From Chiloscyllium plagiosum (taxonomy: Eukaryota), in assembly GCF_004010195.1 (NCBI RefSeq), contig NC_057737.1:13442748-13506747 (forward strand): a stretch of DNA of 64,000 bases, given 5' to 3'. A program made the position numbers and the translations under genes. The notes beneath the pieces are model-generated. The model did no database searches. It was not told where the DNA came from and saw only the letters and a list, made by a program, of their open reading frames with translations. Below are positions 26,326 through 38,273 of the stretch, one piece after another. Positions within the stretch are counted from its first letter, which is position 1; the number at the start of each line of letters is the position of its first letter.

Positions 26326-26804
26326 GTGTTATAGCCTATGAAGTACTTTTGCAATTCTAGCCATGGTTGAAAGATGGTGGCAAAATGCAGCACCGCACTG
26401 AAGTGACAACAGCCACGTTTTGTTTGTGTTCTAGAATGGGACTTGAACCTGAACCTTTGAGGCACCAGTGCTAGACCAACTGAGCCACAGTTGACCTGAA
26501 CAACATACATGTTGAAAATCGGTGTGGACATTATTGATTCCATCAGTCATCTTATTTTTTTTAAAAGAGTCAAACTACCGAGAATCAGCATTAACTACAA
26601 CAGACTCAAAGGGTTGAATGGCATACCTGTGCCTCCATGTCTTATGGATTGTCATCAGATCCCATAGATCAATGGGTGATACTTCCTCTATTTGACACCC
26701 AAGGTATAACTCAGTTTCTACTTTAGAAGCTCGCCTCCTAGTGCACTAGCTTGGAAATTTTCCTCTTCCCACAGGAGCCCATCCCGTGAACCCTCCGAAA
26801 GAAC

Positions 26805-27360
26805 ACAGAACTTGCATTTATATAGTGCCTTTTACAAGTTCAGAATACCTCAAAACATTTTCCAATTATTCACTTGCTTTTGAAGCATGGTTGCCATTAT
26901 GATTTAGGCAAAAGCAGCAGCCAATTTGCACAAAATAACATCCCATAAACATTACTGAGATGAGAGTAAAAAACTTTTTTAAAAAATTCTTGTGAATGTT
27001 TGAATTATGCCAAGTGAGGGCTAAATATTGACTAGCACATTCATACAAATAAAATGCCTAACGATATTGTTATTGGTTACAAGATCATATCAGGGTCTGT
27101 ATTATAATTAGATGATTAAAAACCTGTCCCACTAGTTTCACCGAATATGAAAAACTAGTTTCTGATTTTCAATATGATTTACTTTCTCTGCCCAACCCAG
27201 GTATTTGTTGCCCAAAAGTTTCAGTAGGAAAGCAGAATGCCTTTGTCCATCTTCAATATTGTCATGGGATCTTTTACATCCACCTGAGATAGTAGCTGGG
27301 TCTTAATTCAACAGATGGCATCTCCAGCGGTGTAGCATTCCCTCAGTACCACATTGGAGC
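26805..27360 (-). mobile_element. Deu-domain SINE (SacSINE1/AmnSINE1-like), interrupted
   Basis: catgggatcttttacatccacctgaga...gcatctcc...cattccctcagtac matches the recalled Deu core; ttgcatttatatagtgcctt matches the tail. Confidence 0.55.
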
Positions 27361-27459
27361 AACACTGAATAAGACTGGCAATAAGAACCTTTTTTTAAAA
27401 ATGATATTGATTTACTTATTAAGAACTAAAAGACTGGAGACTTGATCATTCTAACTGTT

Positions 27460-29110
27460 ATTTGCATTTATTTTTGTACCAATGTTAAATCTGACAGATC
27501 ACAGAATTAGTGCATTTATTCCAGTGAAATAAGTACAGAATAAAAAGGGTGTACATTACCTACGACTAAGACAAACTCAGTAAAATCAAGTTTTCATTCA
27601 ATTCATTACATTAGGAAATGTGTACAGCTCTCACTTATTACATAGATGCTCCATTTGCAAAGAACTGTGTGCCATAATGAGCAATATACACAGGTAAACA
27701 AACTGCTTTCATTGACAATGTAAACTTTTTACACCAGAAATAGGACAATTAAAAAGAGCAGAAAATGTTGCCACAACTGTTTTACAAAAATAAGAGAAAG
27801 CAACAAGTGCTTGTAAAGCTCACCCCCTGGTGATGTTCGACTGTATTTTAGCTGGATTCCCTATCTCCAGATCTGAGGCACATTTCAACGTAGGACTGTG
27901 AAACAGCTTAAGTGGGTGACCTGGGTTCAGGATCTTGGTGCAAAGTGGTCAGATCTGCAGAGGATATCAAACCGAACCGGGCAGACAATGGAGTTTTACC
28001 AGGCCAGTTCGGAAATGGCACTATGGGGTGGGCAAAATGTGCAAATAGCCAGAGCAGTTGGCCATGAGGAGTAATGCAGACTAGCACACACAGCAAGGAA
28101 AAAGGAGCAACATACCCAGGACCATGGAAGACCCTAAAATAGCTTAAGAAGAAAATGAATGAGAGCTAGGAGCCCTGGTCGATTCAAGACTCCCGCAACC
28201 AGCCAATAAAACCAATAGATTGCTGGAACTCAGTTGTCAAAACAAAGGAGGTGGCAATCAAATGTTGGGAGATAGAGGTGGTGGTTGTAAGTTTTCCCGG
28301 TATTTATTTCAGTTCTCAGGATGCGGTGACACTGGCAAGGCTGTATTTACTGCCTGTTGCTGATTGCCCTGAGTTGGTGATGGTATGCCTCTCTCCCTGA
28401 ATCAGTGAAATCCTCCGGTGGTGACAATACTCTCACAGTGCTCTTTAGACTGGGAATCAGCTATGGAGCCAATGGTGGAGAGGGAGAAGATAAATTCACT
28501 GGGAATTGCTTTTTGCCAGCTCCGCTTGGGCATAGTGATGGAGAGGACTGGCATCAAGTCTTTGCACATGTTATTTGCAGAGTAATGCATTACAAGCACC
28601 CATCCCCTAACCCAACAACAGTAGTTTCAGGCTTTCGCTATTTATAGGAGCTCCCGAATGCCTATTTAATATCCACCACCTCCACACACAATATATCTGC
28701 CCTCCTCATCTCTCCTTCTTTGGAAAAAGAATGTGAACATAAAGAGATGAAAGGTTTTATTTTAAAAAAACAGGCTATAAAAAAATTGGGTTAATGCTAA
28801 CATTCAAGACAATGTGGACAGACTGAGCAAAAGAAATGTCTTAACCATATCAGCAGGTAGGGACATATTATCTGAAAGGTTTTACCATCTCGATAAAGTC
28901 ACCTTTCCATAATGCTCAACTTTCAGTTTCAAACTGTGAATACTCTCGCTGGTGACTATCGTCATAACCAGTCCTTGAAGACAAATAGCATCCTTCAGGG
29001 TCATGTTGTGGCTTGATGGACCAAGTTGGAATATCGCAGCTTCTGGGGGGAGTTCAATAAAACAATAAGTTGTTCCTATAGCCCACTTTCATCAGATAAT
29101 GTAATTTCTC
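27460..29110 (-). other. Candidate terminal 3' UTR exon of the tapasin-family gene
   Basis: Strong minus-strand acceptor tcccctttctcctgtcAG at 29111-29112; minus-strand AATAAA at 27467-27472 and 27515-27520. Confidence 0.45.
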
Positions 29111-29519
29111 CTGACAGGAGAAAGGGGACAATTACACACACAGGTTTCTATTCACATTCAGTCAATAATATCTCTCAATGATAAGTCACTTGAATTCATG
29201 TGTCTCATTCTGTACAGCCTTGACTGCATTCTTTTGGAGTGAGTTTCCATCCTGGGTCAGGAGTGATGTGTGGGAGCCTGCAAACCTGACTTGTCAGGAA
29301 GTGGCCAGGATGGCCTGCTTATGGATTGCACGGAGTGGCCAGGTGTTAAAAGAATTCAGTCCTGCTGCCTCCAAAGGCAATGCAATGGAAGCCACAGGGG
29401 ATGTCAGACATGGAGAAGAAACACTACCAATGATTAAAAATCTATTCACTCCATTTAAATTCCTTCAACAAGTTAATCTTTTATATAAAAAATGAGCATT
29501 TACATTCATAAACATGCAT

Positions 29520-29593
29520 AAGCATTTGTAGTTGTGAATTAAAATATGAACTTCACAAGCATTTGTAGTTGTGAATTAAAATTTGAACTGACA
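29520..29593. repeat. Tandem duplication, 2 copies of about 37 bp
   Basis: aagcatttgtagttgtgaattaaaat.tgaact repeated twice. Confidence 0.9.
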
Positions 29594-30681
29594 GGCACTC
29601 TGCTGTGATAATTATAGCTTGTGGGAGGCAGTTATCCTTCTATAATGGTAGCCCTCAGCTTACATCAACAGAGTAAAACAGCAAGCACTGACTTCTTAAA
29701 AACTATAGACATATTTTAAATTTATAAGCCAAAGTTTTAAATGCCCCAGCACTTCCCACTACATCAAGATAGATCTAACAAGCTATGAATCCTAATTTTT
29801 ACATGCATTCATGTCAACTTTTAATAATCTAAAAAGGCACTTGGTCTTTTCCAAGGGATACCCAGCAACCCTGACCCTTGACCATCCAAAAAGGGTGCAA
29901 CCTTCTCAAAATAATTTTGAATTGTTTTTGGCCTTTTCCTAATAGTGTAAAATGCACACGTCATGTTGTGGACAACGCTCTAGTGAAGACTGAATCTGCT
30001 TGTGCACAACTCACATGCAGCAGCCTCTGTGAAGCCCAGTGGTGTAATCCACAACCTGCCCGCATACACCCTCATAATGAAAGTGGTGGATGCTAAGTTT
30101 GGGAGTGAGGCTTTGGCACCATTCTTTAATGCAGGTGACCCTCTTCATCGTTACAAAAAAAAAATCAGCATCTAGTCAGTGACCTGATAATGAATTATGG
30201 ATGAGTCAGGGTTGTCTGGAAGCACTTGTCCTCATTTTCTGCAATGAGGTATGTTTGGTGTAGTACCGAAGAAATGGTAAGGGATGATATTTTCAGATAA
30301 AATGTTAAAACAATACTTCTCCAAAACATACAAACTGCGGGACTGGCTGCACAACTCTGGAACAAATCTGAAGAAAACTGAATGAAGGATTGTCAATTGA
30401 ATGTGGTACATGACTTGTTTAATGAATGTCATTAATGGGAAATACTCTTCATGGAACAACAGCAGCAGGAAACTGAGTATAATTGAGGATTTGAATACAG
30501 GAGTAGGCAAGTCTTGCTGCAGAAAGTGAGGACTGCAGATGCTGCACAGAGTGGTGAAAAGTGTTGTGCTGGAAAAGCACAGCAGGTCAGGTTTCTGAAG
30601 GGCTTTTGCCCAAAACGTTGACTCTCCTGCTCCTTGGATGCTGCCTGAAGTCCTGTGCTTTTCCAGCGCCACATTTTGCGA

Positions 30682-31500
30682 CTGCAGTTATACAAAGCGT
30701 CGGTGAGGCCACACCTTGAGCACTGTGTGCAGTTTTGGTCTCCGAGAATGGGGAAGGACATTCTTGCTATTGAGAGGGTCCAACAATTCCTGGGATGGCA
30801 GGTCTGACTGAATCAACTGGGCTTGTACTCACTGAAATTTAGAAGAATGAGGGGGATTCTCATAGAAACATTTAAAATCCTGTTGGGTAATCTAGATGTG
30901 GAAAACATATTCCCGATTTTGAGGAAGTCTAGAACTATTACGAGGGGGCATAGCTTTAAATTAAGAGGTGGTAGGTATAGGACAGATGTTAGGGGTAGAT
31001 TCTTTACTCAGCGAGTCGTGAGTTCATGGAATGCCCTGCCAGTAGCAGTGGTGGACTCTCCCACTTTATGGGCATTTAAACGGGCATTGGATAGGCATAT
31101 GGAGGATAGTGGGCTAGTGTAGGTTAGGTGGGCTTTGATCGGCGCAACATCGAGGGCCAAAGGGCCTGTACTGCGCTGTATTTTTCTATGTTCTATGTTC
31201 TAACTGGGGCCACTGTCTAAGAATAAGGGGTAAGCCAATCAGGACTGAGATAAGGAAGAATTTCTTCACTCAGAGAGTTGTGAACCCATGGAAGCCTGTA
31301 CCACAGAAAGCTGTTGGGGCCAGTCATTAGATACATTCAAGAGGGAGTTGGATGTGGTGCTTGCAGCTAAAAGGATTAAGGGGTCTGGGGAGAAACCGGG
31401 AGTGGGATACTGAGATTGCATGATCAGCCCTGATCATATTGAATGGTGGTGTAGGCTCGAAGGGCCGAATGGCCTCTTCCTGCTCCTATTTTCTATGTTT
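30682..31500 (+). mobile_element. Old CR1 3' fragment with a nested younger CR1 3' end (about 30937-31201, (TTCTATG)n tail)
   Basis: Host reads ...tctagAACT[insert]AACTggggccac; the insert encodes RGHSFKL...FFTQRVVSSWNALP. Confidence 0.8.
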
Positions 31501-31835
31501 GTATAAAATATACAAACAAAAATATACAAGTGGGATGGATACAAAACCAATCACCAACTATCTATCCAGTAGTTTGGAGTTATACTGCTGGCTCTCTGTT
31601 ATATTTCTCATCAAGAGAAAGAGAGGTCTGGGATGGGGCTGGCAAATAAATTGACCTTAGAAGGAGTGAACGTTCTGCTGTCTCTCCATAATTTAAAACA
31701 AACACAATGGAAGATGAAGAGAACAATTTGGAATGGTCTGCTCAACAAACAACTGACCTAAACTTAGTTTAAACTTTAAACATAAACATGCTCAGATTAA
31801 TAGAGAAAATACAGGTGCCTGGGTCAGGAATAGGT

Positions 31836-32378
31836 GAGTCTTCTGCCGGACTTGCGGAGCGTTTCAGAGAACACCTCTGGGACACCCGGACCAACCAACC
31901 CAACCACCCTGTGGCTCAACACTTCAACTCCCCCTCCCACTCCACCAAGGATATGCAGGTCTTTGGACTCCTCCATCGCCAGACCACAACAACACGACGG
32001 CTGGAGGAAGAGCGCCTCATCTTCCACCTAGGAACCCTCCAACCACAAGGGATGAACTCAGATTTCACCAGTTTCCTCATTTCCCCTCCCCCCACCTTGT
32101 CTCAGCCAAATCCATCGAATTCAGCACCGCCTTCCTAACCTGCAACCTTCTTCCTGACCTCTCCGCCCCCACCCCACTCTGACCTATCACCCTCACCTTG
32201 ACCTATTTCCACCTATCGCATTTCCGACGCCCCTCCCCCAAGTCCCTCCTCCCTACCTTTTATCTTAGCCTGCTGGACAAACTTTCCCCATTCCTGAAGA
32301 AGGGCTTATGCCCGAAACGTCGATTCTCCTGTTCCCTGGATGCTGCCTGACCTGCTGCGCTTTTCCAGCAACACATTT
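31836..32378 (+). mobile_element. Penelope-like element 3' end: GIY-YIG endonuclease C-terminus plus pLTR
   Basis: LAERFREHL...PVAQHFNSPSHS....LEEERLIFHLGTLQPQGMN, then a C-rich tract and a hammerhead motif. Confidence 0.85.
32290..32325 (+). ncRNA. Minimal hammerhead ribozyme motif, intact core
   Basis: attc CUGAAGA a GGGC-uuau-GCCC GAAAC GUC gauu. Confidence 0.65.
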
Positions 32379-33074
32379 NNNNNNNNNNNNNNNNNNNNNN
32401 NNNNNNNNNNNNNNNNNNNNNNNNNNNNNNNNNNNNNNNNNNNNNNNNNNNNNNNNNNNNNNNNNNNNNNNNNNNNNNNNNNNNNNNNNNNNNNNNNNNN
32501 NNNNNNNNNNNNNNNNNNNNNNNNNNNNNNNNNNNNNNNNNNNNNNNNNNNNNNNNNNNNNNNNNNNNNNNNNNNNNNNNNNNNNNNNNNNNNNNNNNNN
32601 NNNNNNNNNNNNNNNNNNNNNNNNNNNNNNNNNNNNNNNNNNNNNNNNNNNNNNNNNNNNNNNNNNNNNNNNNNNNNNNNNNNNNNNNNNNNNNNNNNNN
32701 NNNNNNNNNNNNNNNNNNNNNNNNNNNNNNNNNNNNNNNNNNNNNNNNNNNNNNNNNNNNNNNNNNNNNNNNNNNNNNNNNNNNNNNNNNNNNNNNNNNN
32801 NNNNNNNNNNNNNNNNNNNNNNNNNNNNNNNNNNNNNNNNNNNNNNNNNNNNNNNNNNNNNNNNNNNNNNNNNNNNNNNNNNNNNNNNNNNNNNNNNNNN
32901 NNNNNNNNNNNNNNNNNNNNNNNNNNNNNNNNNNNNNNNNNNNNNNNNNNNNNNNNNNNNNNNNNNNNNNNNNNNNNNNNNNNNNNNNNNNNNNNNNNNN
33001 NNNNNNNNNNNNNNNNNNNNNNNNNNNNNNNNNNNNNNNNNNNNNNNNNNNNNNNNNNNNNNNNNNNNNNNNNN
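32379..33074. other. Assembly gap (others at 8780-8878 and 9851-10141)
   Basis: Runs of N, all adjacent to or inside young repeats. Confidence 1.
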
Positions 33075-33445
33075 GTTTACAAAATTATGAGGGGCATGGA
33101 TAGGATAAATAGACAAAGTCTTTTCCCTGGGGTGCGGGAGTCCAGAACTAGAGGGCATAGGTTTAGGGTGAGAAGGGAAAGATATAAAAGAGACCTAAGG
33201 GGCAACCTTTTCACACAGAGGGTGGTCCCTGTATGGAATGAGCTGCCAGAGGAAGTGGTGGAGGCTGGTACAACTGCAACATTTAAGAGGCATTTGGACG
33301 GGTATATGAATAGGAAGGGTTTGGAGGGATATGAGCCGGGTGCTGGCAGGTGGGACTAGATTGGGTTGGGATATCTGGTCGGTATGGACAGCTCAGACCG
33401 AACAATCTGTTTCTATGCTGTACAACTCTATGACTCTATGGCTCT
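33075..33445 (+). mobile_element. CR1 3' end
   Basis: Same family as 1-430. Confidence 0.9.
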
Positions 33446-33767
33446 GTCCTCCATTTCCACTGGTTCAAGCAGATGTAAAGCATCTACTTGAACGAGTGCA
33501 GTGAATTAATACTGTGTCTTGATCCACATTCCTCCCTCTGAGAACAGCATCAAAACGGATGAATCAGCCAATTGCCTTGCTTGCTCTGTGTCACGCACAG
33601 GTTCTCTGCAGCATTTGCTTGCACACTCAGCCCTTCAAAGTACCCGATAATTCATTGCTGCTGAGGTGTTTGCAAATGCTCCAAGGGACACGCTAAAAGT
33701 CCATATAAATAACAGCTTGTACTTTCCTTCCTTATCAGGACTTACATTGAATCCTCATTTACAGTGC

Positions 33768-33782
33768 TCAGTATGGCTTCTT
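33768..33782 (-). CDS. TAPBPL: Tapasin-family gene exon 8, coding part KKPY* (KKxx ER-retrieval motif)
   Basis: cttttatctcttcaacAG|AAG AAG CCA TAC TGA; donor GTAAGT 22 nt after the stop (exon end 33746). Confidence 0.8.
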   Translation of the reverse strand, partial: KKPY

Positions 33783-34389
33783 CTGTTGAAGAGATAAAAG
33801 GAAGAACATTAGACAACGCACTTCCATTTGGTGATAACACATTAACTTTGAGAGCTATTCTGAAAAGCTGAAAGGTAAGGGAATTTAAAAAAACATTGAA
33901 CCACATTTACTTTGACTAACAAGTTTAAATTGTTAATTAAACCTGAGCTGAACTTCAAACTCCACAAACTATGTCTATTAGTAACATCTCTGTTATCTAC
34001 TCCCACCTCAGCACAGTGAAAAAGTTGACCATTCCAAATTCAAAGGGTGTGATTATTCCCTCTATGGAGGTGGCAAGACATACAGGTTGGCCCTGGAGAA
34101 ATATTTGCCCCCTTTCTTGCAATTTCAACAGTTAAAGTTCGTGACTCAATACTCATTAAGGCCCTTATGGTCCATGAATATCGAGCTAAGGGCCTCAGTT
34201 CATCTCCAGCCTGAGTGCCTGCCTTCCTAGCAGGTGAGAAACGCAGCTGAGGGCTGAGGGCTTGAGAGGGGAAGCCTACATATGCCACACTTTTGGACCA
34301 TATAGGGGCAGGGATTAGAGATAAGGGAGAATGTGCCAAGGGACAAGAGGGGTACAATTATTCACAATTTCACAATGTTCAACACTATT

Positions 34390-34930
34390 AACAACTCCTT
34401 GAGCTACTGAGGCAGTCCATGTACAAATGCAGCAAGACCTGGACAACACTCACACATGGGCTGGTAAGTGGCAAGAAATATTCATGCCACACAAATTTCA
34501 GGCAATCTCCATCTCCAACAAGAGAGAGTGTAATCATCTCCCCTTGACATTTAATGGCATCATAAATACAGAATCCTCCACTCTCAACAAACTGAACTGT
34601 ACTTGCCATATAAATAATACAAGAGCAGGTCACAGGCTGGAAATTTTGGGACAATTCCTGACTGGCCAAAGCCTGCCCACTGTCTACAAGGTACAAGTCA
34701 GTAATGGAACACTCTCCACTTGCCAAGATGGCTGCAGTTCCATCAACCCTCAAGAAACTTGATATCATCCAGGACAATGAGTCTGTTTGGTTGACACTCC
34801 ATCTTCAATTTTTACTTCTTCCACCATGGCCAATCAGTGGCACCAGTGAATACCACCTAAAGACTCACTGCAGCAACTCACCAAGGCTCCTTTGATAGCA
34901 TCTTGCCACTTGTGACCTCTATCACCTAAC
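34390..34930 (+). mobile_element. Ancient CR1/L2-group LINE fragment
   Basis: MQQDLDN...WAGKWQ..F.P.K.QA; related pieces at 36800-37110, 38280-38640 and 49195-50115 (-). Confidence 0.7.
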
Positions 34931-35328
34931 CCAGTCTTGATACATTTGCTGACTATTCCCTATAGGGTAGTGAATTCCAAATGCAAAAGACCCTCAGAGA
35001 GAAGAAATGCCCTCACCTCCACTTTAAATCAGACAGCCCATATTTTGAAACTGGGCCTCATAATTCTAGATTCTCTCAGAAGGAGAAACATCCTCTCAGC
35101 ATCAGCCCTTTGGGCCATCTCTCTGTTTTAAAAATCCCATCGGTTTAGGCCCAACCTGTTTAACCTCTTTCTTATAGTCAGGGGGAATAAAAAAAAACAA
35201 TACAACTGCATTGTGAATATATCAAGTAATCTCTGCACATTAAATCTTACTAAAATTTTCCTCTCCTTGCACATTTTCATTGCAAAACTTTGTGGCTTTT
35301 ATTAAATTTTGAATTATATTGCTCTTAC

Positions 35329-35345
35329 CTTGTTTTTTTCTGCAA
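35329..35345 (-). CDS. TAPBPL: Tapasin-family gene exon 7, 17-nt cytoplasmic micro-exon (VAEKNK)
   Basis: ccttttatttacAG|TTGCAGAAAAAAACAAG|GTAAGA; phase 1 to 0 exactly bridges exons 6 and 8. Confidence 0.78.
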
Positions 35346-36065
35346 CTGTAAATAAAAGGATAGAAAACAATTAAAAATTCACAACCACATCATGTCATGA
35401 ACAGATAGAAAGTTAGTGCTGACACTACTTAAGAGATTGTGAAGGTTTTTAAGGGTAATTCAAGGGGGAAATCAACATTTGTCCTGCATGACAGGAGAAG
35501 TTGGTAAGTGCACTCTTATGGCTAATGGTGTTGCTGTATACTCAAATTTGCATACATTAATGCACATAGCCCTAATCTTTGCAGATAGAAATAGCTGTAT
35601 ATACGGACTATACCGATTTCAAATCAACATAACACATGACAACCATTTCCTGGTTCAACTCTGAAGGCAATGCCCTGACTAATCATAGCCAACCTGCCAA
35701 GTTTAAAATTTAAACAAAGCCTGGCTATTAAGTGTCAATTAGCATTACATACATGGATGCACACACCATGTCTTGGCAACACCTCGACCAATCAGAGTCT
35801 AGTTGCGGTCCAACTGCCAACCAATCAACACACTACTCTCATGCAGTATAAATGCTGGTTTTCTCATTTATGGATATTCTTCTGAAATGTCCTGAGGAGT
35901 ACAAGATGAAAAGCATTGACAAAAACCTGTCTTTTTTCAGCAAAGCTCAGCTCTGCAGTACCGAGTAAAGTTTAGCCCAGAGAGATGATGATTATTGTGG
36001 AAGTCGAGAGACTGTACAGCCAATGCTGACTAACAGTGCAGCATTGGTAATAGCAGAATACTAAC

Positions 36066-36158
36066 CTTTTTTCAAGTAAATCAGCAGCATGATCACAACA
36101 GCACAGATAAAGATGATCACAATTGATAGTAAGAGAAACTGAAGTGTCCGAGATTGTG
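36066..36158 (-). CDS. TAPBPL: Tapasin-family gene exon 6, transmembrane (AQSRTLQFLLLSIVIIFICAVVIMLLIYLKK)
   Basis: Acceptor ttccttcattccacAG, donor G|GTTAG; 93 nt, phase 1 to 1. About 23 hydrophobic residues followed by KK. Confidence 0.85.
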
Positions 36159-37404
36159 CTGTGGAATGAAGGAAACATTTAATCAGTGTCAGCATTTTCA
36201 GGCTTCTACGACAGGTCACTGTGTATGTTGTGAAGAGTTGTTACCCTGAAAGGAGAATTAGAAGAATGGGGTATCCTGGCCAACACTTATCCTTCAAACT
36301 AATACCACAAAACAGAACGCTCATTGTTAATGTTTCATTCAATATGTTTATTGGTAGAATTTAACTTATTTATTCAACTGCAAAGCTGTTCTAAATACAT
36401 CTTCACAGAGTTAACTTATTGGCCTTTCTACTCAATTTCAAAATTGTTTGATCATTAACAAATTAATGTTTATTTCCAAGGTCGTTTATGTTGATGCAAA
36501 ACAAGAGTCCAAGGAAAGGACCCTAAAATTTTCAACACAGTGTCCCCCTCTGTGCAACCCCTCTGACTTTGCGAACATTATACTGACTTTGTACTCTTTA
36601 ATTCAAATTATTTATTCAACCCCATGTCCAGTTCCCAGGTTTTATCCTAACTTTTGATGGTTTTGGTTTTGCTATATATCTTTCTTGTTGTAAATTTCCA
36701 ACAACTGTTTAAAAGTCCAGTTAATCGTTGTTGCAAGGAATTCCGTTGGTGTAATGCCCTCAGAGTAGTTCCTGACCTCATTATAGACTTGGCTCAAACA
36801 AGGACCAAAGAGCTGAACCCAAGAGTGAGAGTGACTCTACTGCTGTTGGCATCAAGACAGCAATAGAGCTGAGAATGGAATCTAGGAGCTCAGCAAAACT
36901 GAAGTAAATGGGAATCAGGGGCAAAGCTCTCTGCTGGTTAGAGTCGTATCTAGTACAAAGGAAGATGGTTGTAGTCGTTAGAAGTCAATCATCTCAGCCC
37001 CAGGACATTATTGTTGGAGTTCTTCACCGTAGTATTCTTGGCCCAACCATCTTCAGCTGCTTTATCAATTACCTTCCCTCCATCATAAGGCCAGAGTGGG
37101 AATATTGATGGTTTGAATGATCTACCCTTCCCTGTCAAAGGATCTCATGGTGATATTGACAATAGCCACGTTAAAATGTAGAACCCATAATGCCAAAACT
37201 AAGTAGCTAAAAGAGTCATTGCTGATGCAAATGGGGAATGAACTATGGAATAATGATATGCTTAATGTACAACAAATAGTAACAAAGTAATTGCAAGAAT
37301 ACTGATGATTACACAATGCTCTGCACAATTTACAACTCCTCAAAAAACTTAATTCTTGTCAATGATGTCCAGACCTTGTTACATAATCAGGCTTAGCTGC
37401 TAAG

Positions 37405-38273
37405 TAGAGTCATAGAGATGTACAGCATGGAAACAGACCCTTCAGTCCAACCCGTACATGTCGACCAGATAACCCAACCCAATCTAATCCCACCTGCCAG
37501 CACCTGGCCCATATCCCTCCAAACCCTTCCTATTCATATACCCATCCAAATGTCTCTTAAATGTTGCAATTGTACCTGCCTCCACCACTTCCTCTGGCAG
37601 CTCACTCCATACATGTACACTCTCTGCATGAAAATGTTGCCCCTTAGGTCTCTTTTATATCTTTCCCCTCTCGCCCTAAACCTATGCCCTCTAGTTCTGG
37701 ACTCCCCCACCCCAGGGAAAAGACTTTGCCTATTTATTCTATCCATGCCCCTCATAATTTTGTAAACCTCTATAAGGTCACCCCTCAGCCTCCAACGCTC
37801 CAGGGAAAACAGCCCCAGCCTGTTCAGCCTCTCCCTATAGATCAAATCCTCCAACCCTGGCAACATTCTTGTAAATCTTTTCTAAACCCTTTCAACTTTC
37901 ACAACATCTTTCTGATAGAAAGGAGACCAGAATTGCACACACTATTCCAACAGTGGCCTAACCAATGTCCTGTACAGCCGCAACATGACCTCCCAACTCC
38001 TATGCTCAATACTCTGATCAATAAAGGAAAGCATACCAAATGCCTTCTTCACTATCCTATCGACCTGCGAGTCCACTTTCAATGAGCTATGAACCTGCAC
38101 TCCAAGGTCTCTTTGTTCAGCAAACTCCCTAGGACCTTACCAATAAGTGTATAAGTCCTGCTAAGATTTGCTTTCCCAAAATGCAGCACCTCACATTTAT
38201 CTGAATTAAACTCCATCTGCCACTTCTCAGCCCATTGGCCCATCTGGTCCAGATCCGGTTGTAATCTGAGGTA
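37405..38273 (-). mobile_element. CR1 LINE 3' part in tapasin-family intron 5
   Basis: LPGLEDL.YRERLNRLGLFSLE and WQMEFNSDKC. Confidence 0.9.

Noticed and set aside
32265-33359. Long ORFs of 260-339 aa (also 9768-10326)
   Set aside because: Artefacts of N gaps; the real residues are Penelope and CR1 fragments.
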